A model generated the notes under the pieces. It saw nothing but the letters and a program-made list of their open reading frames with translations, was not told where the DNA came from and made no database searches. Shown here piece by piece: positions 13,600 through 27,492 of a stretch of 64,000 nucleotides of DNA. The first letter of the stretch is position 1. Each line of letters begins with the position of its first letter. The DNA lies in NCBI GenBank assembly GCA_053919585.1, contig CM132786.1; one strand, 5' to 3'. The stretch comes from Euprymna scolopes. Taxonomy: Eukaryota. The position numbers were made by a program, and so were the translations under genes.

Positions 13600-13965
13600 A
13601 AAAAATAGAAGACTAGAATTAACTTGTTTGTCAACTGTAAACTTAAGGGCTGGATGAATATAATGGAAGGGCGCTAAAAAGCGTCCGCTTTCGTTTCGTT
13701 ATCGAACAACAAAAAGGTATCGTCAGCGTAACAAAAGTAAAAGTATGTTTTTTTCTTGTAAACCACAAAAATATTTGTCAAAGCTGATCTAAGATGGGAA
13801 TCTATGTCCACATCATCAAGGCGTGCATACATAACGTCATTGAAACTCAATTTATCCGACATAGTAGCGCATCTCATAAATTCAAGGAGATTAACTTCAC
13901 GAATTATTGGAGTAGTTAGATGACTTGATATTAAGCGCTAGCACACATGTTAATCGTCTCAAAAA
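13600..13965 (-). mobile_element. Penelope-like reverse transcriptase relic
   Basis: ORF 13674-13877 (SFNDVMYARLDDVDIDSHLRSALTNIFV...CYADDTFLLF) matches the PLE pattern F.FN..Y.Q.DG.AMGSPL...LANIF...RYVDDTF. Confidence 0.75.
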
Positions 13966-15345
13966 GTACTTGTTTCTAGACGTCTTCGGGATTCATCAGT
14001 TTCTAACAAGTTGAAAGTGTATCACTGTCAACAACCTCAGCAACAGAGCATTGTCTACAATTCGTTGAGTGACTTTAGAAACCAATTTATGACAAAAAAC
14101 TTACGCTTTGCATCAGTCAAGCCCTTCTTAACTTAGCAATGTGTTTAACAGTACATTTGAATAAACACCTACACCTTTGTGTTGGCAATACTATAAGAGG
14201 AATGAAAACTGAAATCATTTTAATCGTTCTTCGCTTAAAGGCCATTGAATTTTCTTTTCAAATATATTATCTTTCAGCGTTTGGTCACGAGTGCGAAAAG
14301 CTGAATTACCTCACACATTACAGATATATTAAAGTTCACATTTTGTATTCGTTCTTTGGATGGGCACATGATCTCCTTATCTGTTATCTTTACAAATTGA
14401 TGTTTTGTTCTCCAGGAATCAAAGTTTCTTATTTATTCCTTCAAAACAACAAACACAAGTAAGAATTATTGAAAAAATAAACCCAGATTACTTTTATTCA
14501 ATTTAATCTTTGCTCTAAATCACAGATGCAGTAGATGCGAATGGGATATCGATAATCATTGTTTACTCAAATTTTGTCATATAATGTATCATATAAACAC
14601 AGATCACAGGTTAAAGCAGCGTTTTCTCTTTCTCTCGAACTGTTGTTCTGAAATCACATCCGTTTCTATTAATTCGAGCAGTCTCAAAATTTTCAGATCA
14701 AGGTCAACAGTTCCAACCAGACTAAAATTTAATCGGCTAGTATCTAACATATAGACTTTAGTAATAACGCTATGGATATGCGATGGAGGAGCGTATGTCC
14801 TTTATTTAAAAATAACCTCTGATCAAAATGAACATTCCATAAAATTTAATGTGTCTTGTTAATGAAGAAAACAACATTAAAAAAACACACACACAACATG
14901 TATAAATGTTATCTTCAACTTCAAATGTGCAATGGCCTTTAATTTATTATTTTTTCGTACAATGTAAGACAAATGTATAATCCTTTGTTGATTTCGAGAT
15001 AACGGCTTGCACTGACATGTTGTCGCATGAAAAAATAGATGCCAAACACACAGAGAAGCAAGACATGTCATTAATGGAAATAAAATGGATAGGTCAATAG
15101 TAAATTTCTTTAACCTGGTATTAACCTTTAAAATGAAACTTATCGCAGCACTAAATCTATAGTAGAATTTCAAAACAGTAAACAACTATAAAACAAACAA
15201 TAGAATAAATATAAATGACATTTGTAAAATACAACCCCTACATTTTACGTATGCAGCATAAATTTGGCGGGATTTATAAAGATTATACACACACATATAT
15301 ACATATATATACACATACACATATATATATATATATATGTATATA

Positions 15346-15456
15346 TAATCATAATCACATTGACACACTAGTTCTGGTCAGATCACCGAAATTAAGCAAC
15401 GTTGAATCTGGCTGGTACGAGATAGATGACTATTTACGAATTTAAAGCGCTGTCTG
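15346..15456 (+). pseudogene. 5S rRNA-derived sequence (5S pseudogene or SINE3 head)
   Basis: acactagttctggtcagatcaccgaaattaagcaacgttgaatctggctggtac...gatagatgac is collinear with metazoan 5S rRNA, including a box A-like AAATTAAGC and a degenerate box C. Confidence 0.8.
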
Positions 15457-15628
15457 TGCTCTCCGCTCATTTCGATAATGTTTCCAGTCGTCCCGACGAT
15501 CCGCCGTTGTAACTGCTATTTTACAACGCCGACTCTAGAGAGATGTGTTTGGTTATTGCGCAACTCTTTCTCGCAAAACTTCCTTTACAGTGAGTATCTA
15601 TAGTCTTTGAAGGCTTGAAGAAACTACC

Positions 15629-15698
<70 letters not shown>

Positions 15699-16139
15699 CG
15701 GCGCTTTATGTACAAATAAAATCTAATTTTCTTTAAGCTATATCTATGTCAAAAACAAGCTTGTCCGTATCTTGTCGAAGTTAATGTTTTAATCTGTTTT
15801 ATATTGTATTTGAAACATTGATACTAATATGTATTTGGATTTTATGTGTACAGTAATCTGTAATACTACAGCATTGCTGTATTTTATTTCATATATATCT
15901 ACGTATGAAGATAACGTTTTCAATCCTATCCAAAAGCAAGCTAAAAGCTTAATTGACCAGAATATAGTGAAACAACAAAACTATGGAAGGAAGTAATTAC
16001 TAGAGATACCGCTACAAGACTCAGCATCCCTAACGCCTCACGGTTAATTACCTAACAGACAGATATTTAGTTGACCCAAACATGGTGAAACAACAACAAA
16101 TATGAAGATGACAATAACAGTCCGCAAATAAATAAATAA

Positions 16140-16285
16140 ATAAATTCTTACTTTGCCTAAATAAAAACGTAGATTCCATGAACAAATCTTCTTTCTTAGA
16201 ACTGCACGTTTGTGGAACTGTCTTCCGTTTGCCTGCTTCCAATTTGACTAGGTTGTCTTCAAGTCCAACATAAATAAAGTTTTGA
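16140..16285 (+). mobile_element. 3'-end fragment of a CR1/Jockey-like LINE
   Basis: Encodes FFLRTARLWNCLP...FKSNINK; closely similar copy at 47925-48055. Confidence 0.7.
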
Positions 16286-16436
16286 TATCCGTCCCCTTAA
16301 GCAATCCAATTGTATGCAGCTCATAGAACAATATTTTATCTGGTATGGAAAAACGTTTATGTGTAGCTTATTGCCGTAGATATAACGTAGATAAAATGTA
16401 ATGGCACAGCAATGCTCTAGTGAAGCCTATACTGAA

Positions 16437-16475
<39 letters not shown>

Positions 16476-16899
16476 GATATTAACCCACAATATTATATGT
16501 GTATTGCATATGTACGACATTTCCACCAAAATAAAAATAGCTTGCCTATTAAACAACTTTCCCATGTAGAAAAGCAAAATAATTTGACAATCAAATAACA
16601 TTTTTAACAATTTTATAATGAATAATGCAAAATAAATCAGTCTATATTACAAAACATATATATATATATATATACTTTTTATTATTTTGATTATTAAAAA
16701 AAAAGCTTAATAATAAAACAAAAAGTAAGTATTACTTGTAGTGAGCAAAATGCAAAGTAAAAGATATTTTAACATGTATCCATATTTTTCTAATTTGCAC
16801 ACGTCCCTCAAACAAATAACAATGTTAAAATAACATGTGTTCAAATTTGGAGCTGTATACACCGAAGTTGTTAAGCATCTATACGCTTTGAACTTATCA

Positions 16900-17450
16900 T
16901 AATCCTCGAGAAAACATTTGCCATTAATTAAACTCCTGATTTAATGACATATATTTTCGTAAACATCTCTGGTGATAGTAAAAACTTAAAGGTTACAGAA
17001 AACTGTACATATCTTGGTAATACGCGGAATAGGTACTGTAGCTTGATAAATAGTTAGTTCTGCATTATGCTAACTGGAGAAAAGTGTAAGCTCAGATATG
17101 CAGATTACATCAATGATAAGGCTAAGTATTTATGGATCACGTGTTATTACTATCATCTGTATGGCTCAGAGGCTTGGACCAAATGTAAGATGCATTTCTG
17201 CCTACTAGATAGATTTTTAACGATGTATAAAGAGAATATGTAACATTAAACAGAAAATTTCAACACCTAACACTGTAATTCTAGAAGAAGTAACTAGTAC
17301 GAGTATACACCTTCAAACTCAGATTCGCCGGAATGGACATGCGGTAAGCATAAAAAATCAATGATTACCTGAATAAACTATCTTATGATAAGATAAAGAG
17401 AGGGAAAAGCCGACAACATAAAAGCAATGTTCGAGTATGCTTAGTTACAA
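16900..17450 (+). mobile_element. Degenerate RTE-clade LINE fragment
   Basis: LKVTENCTYLGN, LYGSEAWT and QIRRNGHAVS (RTE consensus QLRWAGHVVRM). Confidence 0.75.
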
Positions 17451-18122
17451 CTTGGAAGGAAAGTAGACGCATATAGAAAAAAGCAAGGTTTGTAAAGAAA
17501 GTTTATTATATATAGTTCAATAATCGTGACATATGTATTATACACACTAAGATTCTATAAACAATAAACGTATTGTGCACATTTTAACTGTATATTTGAA
17601 AACTTAATATTATAACCTTCAAATTCAGTTTTCGGATTTTAATGGGTTCGTTTTAATTTGGAATGGAGAGAAGTGAAAACTAGTTCCATTCCTTTATATC
17701 TGGAATTTCTAATAGTAATTAAAACTTTGCAAAGTAGATAGCAATTAAAGATGCATTTTTAGTTCGAGGTTATATTTAATCATTTTTTATATTATGTCCT
17801 GGTGTAAATCCTCAACCATCAGACATCTGAATCAGTTTCACTGAAAGGAGTAAATATTGTGAAAAAGATTAAAGTAAAAGAGAAAAAAAGTATCAAGCTA
17901 CAAACACTAGTTATGAATCACATAAATCAAACTTTAGACTCAACCACCTCGTTAATGAAGTATACACTCCACAACCGTGCGGTTTCGTACTATGCGGCCA
18001 CTTAGAAATGGACATCAACATATCCGTCTAATGCTGCAAGCAATACACCACATCGAAAACATTAGTAAGCATTTAATGTCACCGTACGGGTTGAATGGCA
18101 CACACACAGAAAAATATAAACC

Positions 18123-18264
18123 NNNNNNNNNNNNNNNNNNNNNNNNNNNNNNNNNNNNNNNNNNNNNNNNNNNNNNNNNNNNNNNNNNNNNNNNNNNNNN
18201 NNNNNNNNNNNNNNNNNNNNNNNNNNNNNNNNNNNNNNNNNNNNNNNNNNNNNNNNNNNNNNNN
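18123..18264. other. Assembly gap (others at 19451-19626, 22076-22213, 28782-28913, 43958-44094, 46616-46882)
   Basis: Runs of N. Confidence 1.
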
Positions 18265-18567
18265 AAAACTGGTAACAATTTACACCGTTCAACCAACGTT
18301 TCGATAGTAACATATTTTGAGAAAGCAAATTGACTTAAAAAAATAATATTACATTTTTTACTTTGTAATTCGTTTTGTAGTTTTATAGAGATGTTCTAAT
18401 ATGTAAACGCTTACTGTTCCGTGTACAATGTTTTAACTGTTAATATATGTTTAGTAAAATTTCTACGTTATAATGAGGGTTTTTGAGTACATGTTGGTTT
18501 TTAATTATATTTTCGACATATATGCGGTTTATTATATATGTCTGTATACTTTCTATTTAACAAACTA

Positions 18568-18636
<69 letters not shown>

Positions 18637-18638
<2 letters not shown>

Positions 18639-19383
18639 TAGCAAAAGGTCCCGTCGTTGACTGGGTTCAAACACAGCCTACAGGAAATGGACTCTGATTT
18701 ATGAAAGTATGATAGGTTATGAAAAGGAAGGGTTGTAATGAGATAGCTTCGAATTTGGGGGTATCAAAACCAAAGCAAAATATGATGAAAGTAAAAATAA
18801 AATAGATAAACCCCATAATTTATTATGCCATACCTGTTCACACTGAAACATTTATCACACTTTTCAGTGGATCTATATATAAACACCTTGTTAACTTTGT
18901 GACATATTTCCATTCTATGGAGGTCAGTCGCGAACAAGCACCCCATAATTTTATTATACCATTCTTCAAACTGAAACATAATTATCAAAGTATACTTACG
19001 CAGATAGATATGAAACGTCTTTATTAAAGTCCGTGCCTATTTCCATGCTATGGAGGCCCTGCGTGAACACAGACCCCACAATTTTATTATACCATCTCTA
19101 TTGAAGTTAAAACATATTTATGAAAGAATTCTCATATACATCTATATGAAAAACACTTGTAAACGTTTTTTTTTTAATTTTCAAATTTATTTCCATTCTT
19201 TGTGGACCAGGCGCGAAAGCAGACCCTACAATTTTAATGTACCACTGCCCTGCCTGATCCAAAATACCCATTCTTGTGTCTTTATACATCTTCTATCATT
19301 ATATGCGATCAGTTTTTTTAGATAGTCAACCATATAGAAGCCTATTCGTGACCAGGCACACAGACAGATATTCAGCTTTAGAT

Positions 19384-19390
<7 letters not shown>
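18637..19390. mobile_element. Non-autonomous Helitron/Helentron (DINE/HINE-like) element with internal ~130-150-bp diverged tandem units
   Basis: Starts ACTAGcaaaaggtcccgtcg within (TA)n and ends acagacagatattcagctttagattatata. The motif ttccat.ct.tgga...gcgaa...acccca.aattttattatacca recurs, with its core at ~18810, 18940, 19073 and 19222. Confidence 0.55.
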
Positions 19391-19431
<41 letters not shown>

Positions 19432-19930
19432 CCATCCATGCATGCAACCANNNNNNNNNNNNNNNNNNNNNNNNNNNNNNNNNNNNNNNNNNNNNNNNNN
19501 NNNNNNNNNNNNNNNNNNNNNNNNNNNNNNNNNNNNNNNNNNNNNNNNNNNNNNNNNNNNNNNNNNNNNNNNNNNNNNNNNNNNNNNNNNNNNNNNNNNN
19601 NNNNNNNNNNNNNNNNNNNNNNNNNNATTAAACTCCGAACAAATTATCTGAGTTTCACCCTTGTATGAAAATTGTCACGTTAAAACCTGGGGATGAGACG
19701 ATGAGGAATTTCTATCGATAAATTGGAATATATGTGTAATAATTAGTAAATTGAACTACTAACCTAATCAACACTGTTGAAATAAATGCTGAAAATTAAT
19801 ATACATATATATATGTGTGTGTGTGTATATATTATATCTCTTTATATTATTTTATATGGATACATTAAATAATTATATATATATATATATATATTCTCAA
19901 ATACGCTAACAATTCATAATAGAATATTCA

Positions 19931-19967
<37 letters not shown>

Positions 19968-19969
<2 letters not shown>

Positions 19970-21556
19970 ATCCTGGTCAAAATCATAAGACCCTTAAGAA
20001 AGTAAGCGTTTACGCATATTATCGAATTTTTAATCAAACAAATGGTTGAAACCATTGCCAAAAGGGAAAATAGGATGGGAAAAATGAAATTTGCTTAATT
20101 CGAAACCTTAACCCTGAGCTAATAATCATTTTTTAAAAAACAAACATTTTCACCTGGTCAAAATTATAAGACCGCTGAAAATTTATCTAACAATAGGCAA
20201 TTAGAAATTACAAAAAAGAGTCTCAGTATTTAGTATAATCTTTATTATTACGAATTACTTCAAAAATTCTCGTCGGCATGCTTGTGACTTAGATTTTATC
20301 AGTTGCGAAGGAATTTTATCCCATGTATCAAAACTGAATCAGAAAGTTCGTTTATCGAATCATACTGGATTTCATCCTTGAACACTTCTTTTGCCATCCA
20401 CCACCAAAGATTTCCAATGGAATTGAGGTCCGGAGAACATGCTGGATGATCTAACAATTCTATATTATTTGAAGAAAAGTATTCTCGTGCTGGTCGAGAA
20501 GTGTGTATCGCAGCATTGTCTTGCTGGGAAATCCAATTTCTTCCACACAGACGTGGGCCTTCAGTCCTGATAGAAACATTTTCAAGCATTGAAATGTACT
20601 TCAATAATATTTGCCGGCCTTTCACTACTTGCAACTTTAGGGTCCCAGCTGACGAGAAAGCACCCCAGATCATTAAATACCCTCCTCCACTCTGCCGAGT
20701 TGAAAAAGTCCTTCTGAGAAAATGTTTATCATGCCAATAGTGTTGAAATCCATCTGGACTTCTAGATTAAACGTTTTTTCATTGGAGAAAATTATATTTT
20801 CCCACTTCTCTTCATCCCAAGTCTGGTATTTGGCGGCATATTTAAGTCGGTTAGGTTTGTGCTGTTCAAGAAGACGTGGTTTCTGCAGTCGCTTTAAATG
20901 ATTGAAACCCTTCATTTTCAGATGCCTTCTGATGGTTTTAGGACTACATCCTGCTGCTGTTTGGCTTTTCAATCGACTTGAGCTCATACTGGAGTTTTTT
21001 TAAAACTTCTTCCGATACGGCGATCTAGTGGTGGGGTTATTATTTTTTTGTCGACCTGGACTCTTTTTGATTTTGACCAGGACTGTATATATACATATAT
21101 ATGTCTTTTGATCTGGATTTCTTAAAAAAAATGTGATGCCAGTTTTGCTACGATTCACTTCGTTTGTAATGAATCTTTGGGAGAGTCCACCCCTATTAAT
21201 CTCAAAGATTCCTCCTCTAGCAAACTCTGATAATGGTTTCCCTTTTTCCATATATAATTTAGTTAGATGTTTTTATCCACTAACAAGTTGCTTTTAGTAA
21301 CATAGAAAGCTTTTCGCATTCATTTTTTCAAAAGTAGCCGATTTTATTAAAGTGGTCTTTTCATTTTGACCAGGTGAAAATGTTTATTTTTTTAAAATAA
21401 TTATTAGATCATGATTAAGGTTTCGAATGAACTAGATTTCATTTTTTCCATCATATTCTCCCTTTTGGCAATGGTTTCAACCATTTGTTTGATTAAAAAT
21501 TCGATATTATGCGTAAACGCTTACTTTCTTAAGTGGTCTTATGATTTTGACCAGGA

Positions 21557-21559
<3 letters not shown>
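19968..21559 (-). mobile_element. Tc1-family (Tc3-like) transposon, full length (~1.6 kb), long IR/DR-type TIRs
   Basis: ~210-bp TIRs (19968-20175 and 21352-21559), each with outer and inner ctggtcaaaat direct repeats; both flanks are (TA)n. Confidence 0.96.
20225..21251 (-). pseudogene. Tc1 transposase pseudogene
   Basis: ORFs 21000-21251 (MEKGKPLSEF...SPGR), 20673-20987 (TIRRHL, IFSNEKTFNL) and 20299-20673 (MIWGAFS, QQDNAAIH, PACSPDLNSIGNLW). The first D reads N and the catalytic E reads G. Confidence 0.93.
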
Positions 21560-21617
<58 letters not shown>

Positions 21618-24600
21618 TGTACGTATATAGCTATGAATGTGCGTAAAGACAGACTCGCGTTCAGATATGTATGCAACATAAATGAAGAAAAACTGTTTTA
21701 TTTTTAATATGTAATTTTAAGATAAAGAAAGATTTAGTTTTGTTGTGAAAATGTCAAAATCAGTTGTTAAATGTGAACTCCAATTGCCAAATAATGTACA
21801 TGTATAGGTCAGTATAAGAAAATGCAACTGTTTTGTTTAGTCTTCATCTTATTTCACTGGCATAGACATCTATATTAAGGCGGATAATGGTCGATACACA
21901 GAAGTGTAAATATCGATTTATTCATTGAAATTTTATATGAATTCAAGATTTTCACTGAGAATCCGTTCTTAGTTTAGAGTAGAAGACTGTTCATAACATG
22001 AAAATGAAAATTACAATGATACTCTATTTTTGGGTAAATGTAAGGAAATTCATTATTTATATCCGGAAAGACATTNNNNNNNNNNNNNNNNNNNNNNNNN
22101 NNNNNNNNNNNNNNNNNNNNNNNNNNNNNNNNNNNNNNNNNNNNNNNNNNNNNNNNNNNNNNNNNNNNNNNNNNNNNNNNNNNNNNNNNNNNNNNNNNNN
22201 NNNNNNNNNNNNNTACCAATATAATTTTTCTATAGATATAAAAAACGATAAATAAATGTTATTCCAAATCAGATTTTATTTATTTATTAATTTTTATGGA
22301 AAAACTATTTTTGTCAGACGGTTAGCATATCGTGTCTCAATACTTGTATACTATAGCGTCTCTGAACATTTTGATTGACGGTTATTGAGACATACTTCTG
22401 ATTTTTTATGAAGTTTACATGTTATTTTAGCTTTCGAAATTACCTTTGCATTTTTTTCAAGCATTTCATTTCGAAATAATCACAGTGTCTCGGATAGTAT
22501 TTTTATTATAAAATTCATTTTTACACAAAATACATTTGTTATTCTTACTCATTGTATTTTATTACTTCTTAACCTTTTTTTTGTGCAGACGGGTCCCCAC
22601 ATATATTTATTACGTAAATGATTGCACACACATACGTATACATATTATAAATACACACATATATATATATTTATATATATATATGTACATATACATATAT
22701 ATATATACATTTTATTCATATCAAATAAAATATACACGAGTTCAAGTAAGTCTGAGTCGTTTTAAATATATATAGAGAGGCGTTACGCATATTATAATGT
22801 GATTCGCTTTTAGTGTCAACTCTGGGGTTCATTGTTTACTTGAACTCCTATTGCTTGACAAGTTTTGCTGCTACTTCCAATTGAATACATTTGTGTGATC
22901 GCAGTGAAGACGCATATTATACAATTTTCTTGCTAGCCACTGCTGTGACATAACCGTCATTTATTCTCCCTCCTATACTAATGTTCTAATTGTATTATAA
23001 TCATTGGAATGAAGCGAACGTGCTAGTATATTGGTATACTTTAGTCTGCAACAATAAAGCACACCGATAGTACGTAGGAATAATCATTCCTTACACGTTA
23101 TCGCTATTAACTGTTTTTTCAAATGAAATCAAATAAAAAGTAATATTTGATTTCTACGTTTAGTATTACATAATCGTAATCAATAATCATTTTAGCATAT
23201 TTACTTTTAGAGCTTTTAACAAATCATACTTCATTATCAATATGGTTTCATATATTATCTGCTCCGATCCATGATAAAATTTAACGTATTTTGCCAGTGT
23301 GTGATTTAATTTAAATCAGTTGCATATATCCGAGCGCATATTTTATTGAAAATAAGATAGATGAAGAGAGTTTATACTTTTCTGTATTTAAAATCTAATA
23401 AAATATTATGCTTTTCAGATTGCAAATATTGTACATTTTTATTATGAGCTCATTGGCTGGCAGATACACTTGGATCTTAGAAAATATTTGAACATTTTCG
23501 CAGCAAACATGATTTGTGCAAATCTTGTTTGTTTAATTCCCGAACCAAGCGGAGAAAATATTAATCTCGATGAATTTACGAACATTTTTCTATAACCTTA
23601 GTTCGAATCCTAAGCTAAAATAAATTTAAACTAACTTGATAATATTAACATCTAGATACAAATGTTTTCTTTTCTGTAATTTTTCTTTTGAAGTTTGCAT
23701 TTTGATGTACTTTTGCCTTTAAATATCAAGTTTATACTCATAACTGTGATAGTTCTGTAAGAAAATGTGTACGTGATCAAAACAAACATGAGTTGCTAGC
23801 TTACGGGCTTGAAAATTTTAGAAGCTCATGGCTTTTGATTGGCGAGAGTGTTTCTCCTTTGATATCTATCTTTCTTGTTTACATCGTATCTATCACAGGA
23901 GACAATTTCTTTTTTAGAAATAAAAAAATGGATTTGACTTGATTTGATTTTAAACTCAAATATCAGAGCTAAACTCTGGCATCAAATTATCAACAAGTTT
24001 TCAAAAGAACTTCCGGCTTTTATCTCGTTAGCTGTTTTTGTTCCATTGTTTATGTTATATATTTCTTATTCATTCTATTTCAAGGCATCTTGATTTTTTT
24101 TTCGCGTTTTGTTACTAGAAAATCTCATGTTTATTTTAGGGCCTTCTCTTGCAGTTTAGCTTCATTACTCAGTTAAAAACTTCAGAGGTCGAAATTTCTT
24201 TTTTTCTGTTCATGTTCCATTATTAACATTTTTCGAAAGTAAATATAGAACAAAAGCGTTTTAATTAGATTTCGAACTGGCACAAAACAAACGATGCTTT
24301 TGTAATCGTCATATTCTATTTTCATTTGTTCTCACTCTTCTTAATTCTTCTCTGCTAAATTCTTTTTTACTAGAATACTCATCTGTCGATACGTACACAA
24401 TACTGATGAGTTCTTTAACCTTTCCCCCGCCATATTGTATTCAAGCAATCATGCACATGCCTCAGAAAGCTGTAATATGTAGTCACATTATAAGAATCGT
24501 GTATGACTGACGAGAAATAGATGGACAATTGTAGCTATGTAATCGTTAATATGAAGTAAAAATTATAGAATAAATAAAAGGGAGTCAGTAATACGGATAC

Positions 24601-25029
24601 AAGGCGCAGTAACATGTTGAGCGGAGGAATCCTGCGAGTAAACAGTAATAGAATATAACACATATAGGAAATATTACTTACGAATAATATAGTATATTAA
24701 CATGCATATATATAAAAATAAATAGTAAGATGACAAATATAAAACACGAGGTTGACTATTTACTCTTCAGTATAGGTGATATTAAAAATGCGACTACGAA
24801 TTACTAATTGATCACGGTACAGTATAAGGTGTATTAAGTAATTGATTCCGCGTAAAGTAACGTATGCATTCCCGAGTTGGACATTAACATTCCTGAGTTT
24901 CATAAGACACACTTAATCAATATCGGATATTTAATCGGCGAAAACTTTGTAAGAATAGCATTCGAAATGAAAATAGTAATCAAAATAATCAAAATAATCC
25001 AATGCGGAACATATAGCAACTTTGTGATC

Positions 25030-25094
25030 TAATAAATTACACGATTCAATAAATTACATGATATAATAAATTACACGGTCTAATAAATTACACA
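25030..25094. repeat. ~17-bp tandem repeat x4
   Basis: Unit taataaattacacg.tc with variants. Confidence 0.8.
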
Positions 25095-25194
25095 ACTCGA
25101 TGTTATAGAATTATAGTGGCTTTTAATAACCTTTTTCAAGATCAGATTAGAGCATTTGCTCACATCTTGAGTGACTGGAAAATGTTTTTATTTC

Positions 25195-25950
25195 TTTACT
25201 CCTATTTAAAGTAATATCAAACAAACTTAAATATAAACCATAAATAATTCAATCATTTGGAGCCCCTAGCGCCGCTCTGTGACTTTTAATTTCTGAAGAG
25301 ATAGAACTTGAAAAAAATGGAGACATACCTACGGACAGACAGAGTGAATTTTATAAATTAGATGAAAGAGAAAAATATTTGTGTTTGCTTAAATGATAAA
25401 TGATGTATATATAAATAATAGAGGGGTTAACCAGCTTCTTTCCTCTTTGTCAACTGTCTACTCGTAATACTAGAAATAATAATTGAAAATGGCCAGCTTT
25501 GCGCTATCGTAACACCCGCATAAATATGATACTTTTATTTGTCCAGATGTCGTTCGTATTATTATAGAGCCGGTGTTTCCATAGCAAAATAAAGGTATTT
25601 GGATTCCATTCGCTAGAATGGAAACCGAACGCAAAACTGTAGCATTCAAAAGCTTGTGACGTTAATACTGTACCAACGTTACATGCATATAAACTAATAA
25701 GAAATTAAGAATTAAAAATAAACCAAGATGAATTGTACAATATGTATAAAGATTTTGTTCAGTTTTGACCTATTTTTAATCCCTTAAAACTAATGTAACC
25801 GGTCAAAAATGCATAAAAGAACGACCCCTAAGAAATTCAATCATATGAGAGCCCTAGCGCCGCTCTTTCACTTTTCGTTTTGGCGGGAATTTAGTTTGAA
25901 AAAAAGTGACACAGGAAGAAAAACATATAGCCTTTTATATATTTGATTGT
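25195..25950. mobile_element. Two related DINE/Helentron-like non-autonomous repeat ends in tandem
   Basis: aattcaatcat..gagccc(c)tagcgccgctct..cacttt...tgaaaaaaa occurs at ~25245-25320 and ~25833-25905. The first ends acggacagacagagtgaattttataaattagat; ACTAG start at ~25469. Confidence 0.5.
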
Positions 25951-27492
25951 GCTTAAAAATTTTAGGAACAGAAATAACACATAGTTCTGAGTGTCCGCAG
26001 CAGAGAATTAAATGTGAAACACAAGCTGCATGAAAAGTATTTACATATTGTCTACTTGATAAAACGAATGAGCAACATTTACTATAGAAAAATGAACTCG
26101 GCTTCCCCAGAAGGAAGATATTTCAAGGTAAAACTAAATTCCGAAGCGATATCCAGTTCTATGCATATTCTGGTCCAGAGAGATGACGATGTGGGGTTTG
26201 TGTAGTTCTTGCAGTGTGGTTTGATGACCCCTGACATACGGTGCCTGTTTTGCACACATGTATTGACTTGGCCTGATGTAGCTATCGTCAGTAATCTGAG
26301 AATCACTACGATAATATTTTCATCGCTTACTATTTAAAGCGTGATTTACAAATTCTAATTAGCGTCTGTAATATATTTCCCTCACCCTGTGTGTTTTATT
26401 TTAGAAATAGAGACCGTATGCAGAATGTATTAAAATATTTAAACCATTTTTTATTTTATCATTCCAATAGTACGTTTATATTTACTGTTTTTATCAGAAA
26501 TATATATTTATTGAAAATTAAATAACGTTTAAAAATCATACTACAAGTATAGTCACCGCTTATTTATTTTGGTCATCTCATCCGACCTTTTCAGGTAATC
26601 CACATAAGGATCTGCTTTAATAACTACCCGTATACTTATTATCAACAGCGCTTACATCCAATTATCATTAACTTCAGCTACTATGAGAGAATTAAAATAT
26701 ATGAATACAATTTTGGAGAATAATTAATGATTGAATAGAACTACTTTGTAATTGAAAAAATTAATTTAAAACATAATTGATAAATGGGACTTGCAACGAA
26801 GATAATTAATAATCCAGGAGAAATAATATCATAATAAAATGAAAAGACGGTGGGTTGGGATTAAATAGTTATAAATATAAAAATAATGCTTTGATAAACG
26901 ATGGCATCACAGCTTATATAAACGAATAATAAATATAGAAATAAACCACACACTGAAAAAAGGCGATTCAGCGGACCATCTTGTGTCACATCAGCATTCT
27001 TTTATATTGGCAGAATTTTATTCTTTATACTACCCCAGGTTGTTTCTTCATACCTTAGAAACGTGCCTAAGTGAATATGTACACATGACTTTTAACCATA
27101 TTATATCCAGCATCCGTTATTCCAAATGGTATGTCTCTCGGTATAGCATTATATAATCATTTATCGGTCATACAAACGTACAGAGGCGAAGAAAGACTGA
27201 CGAAAATGCCGAATTTTTTATAGTTTCCTAGCCAAAAACATACGGTAAAAATATAAACCCTCATATTCAACGGTTTAAGAACGTTCTACTATATTTTATT
27301 TTGTCTCTGAATCATATCATTATACGACAGTTTGACATATCATTTAACAGTTGGTTTGTAATCAAAGGGCAGAAAAAATTATTTCCTCAGATAATAATAT
27401 TCTCTACATTGGTCTGGGTTTTGATCATCCAAATTTACTTCTAATATGTGCCTGAGAAAACAACAGGAAAAAAAAAGAAGAAAAATGCATTA

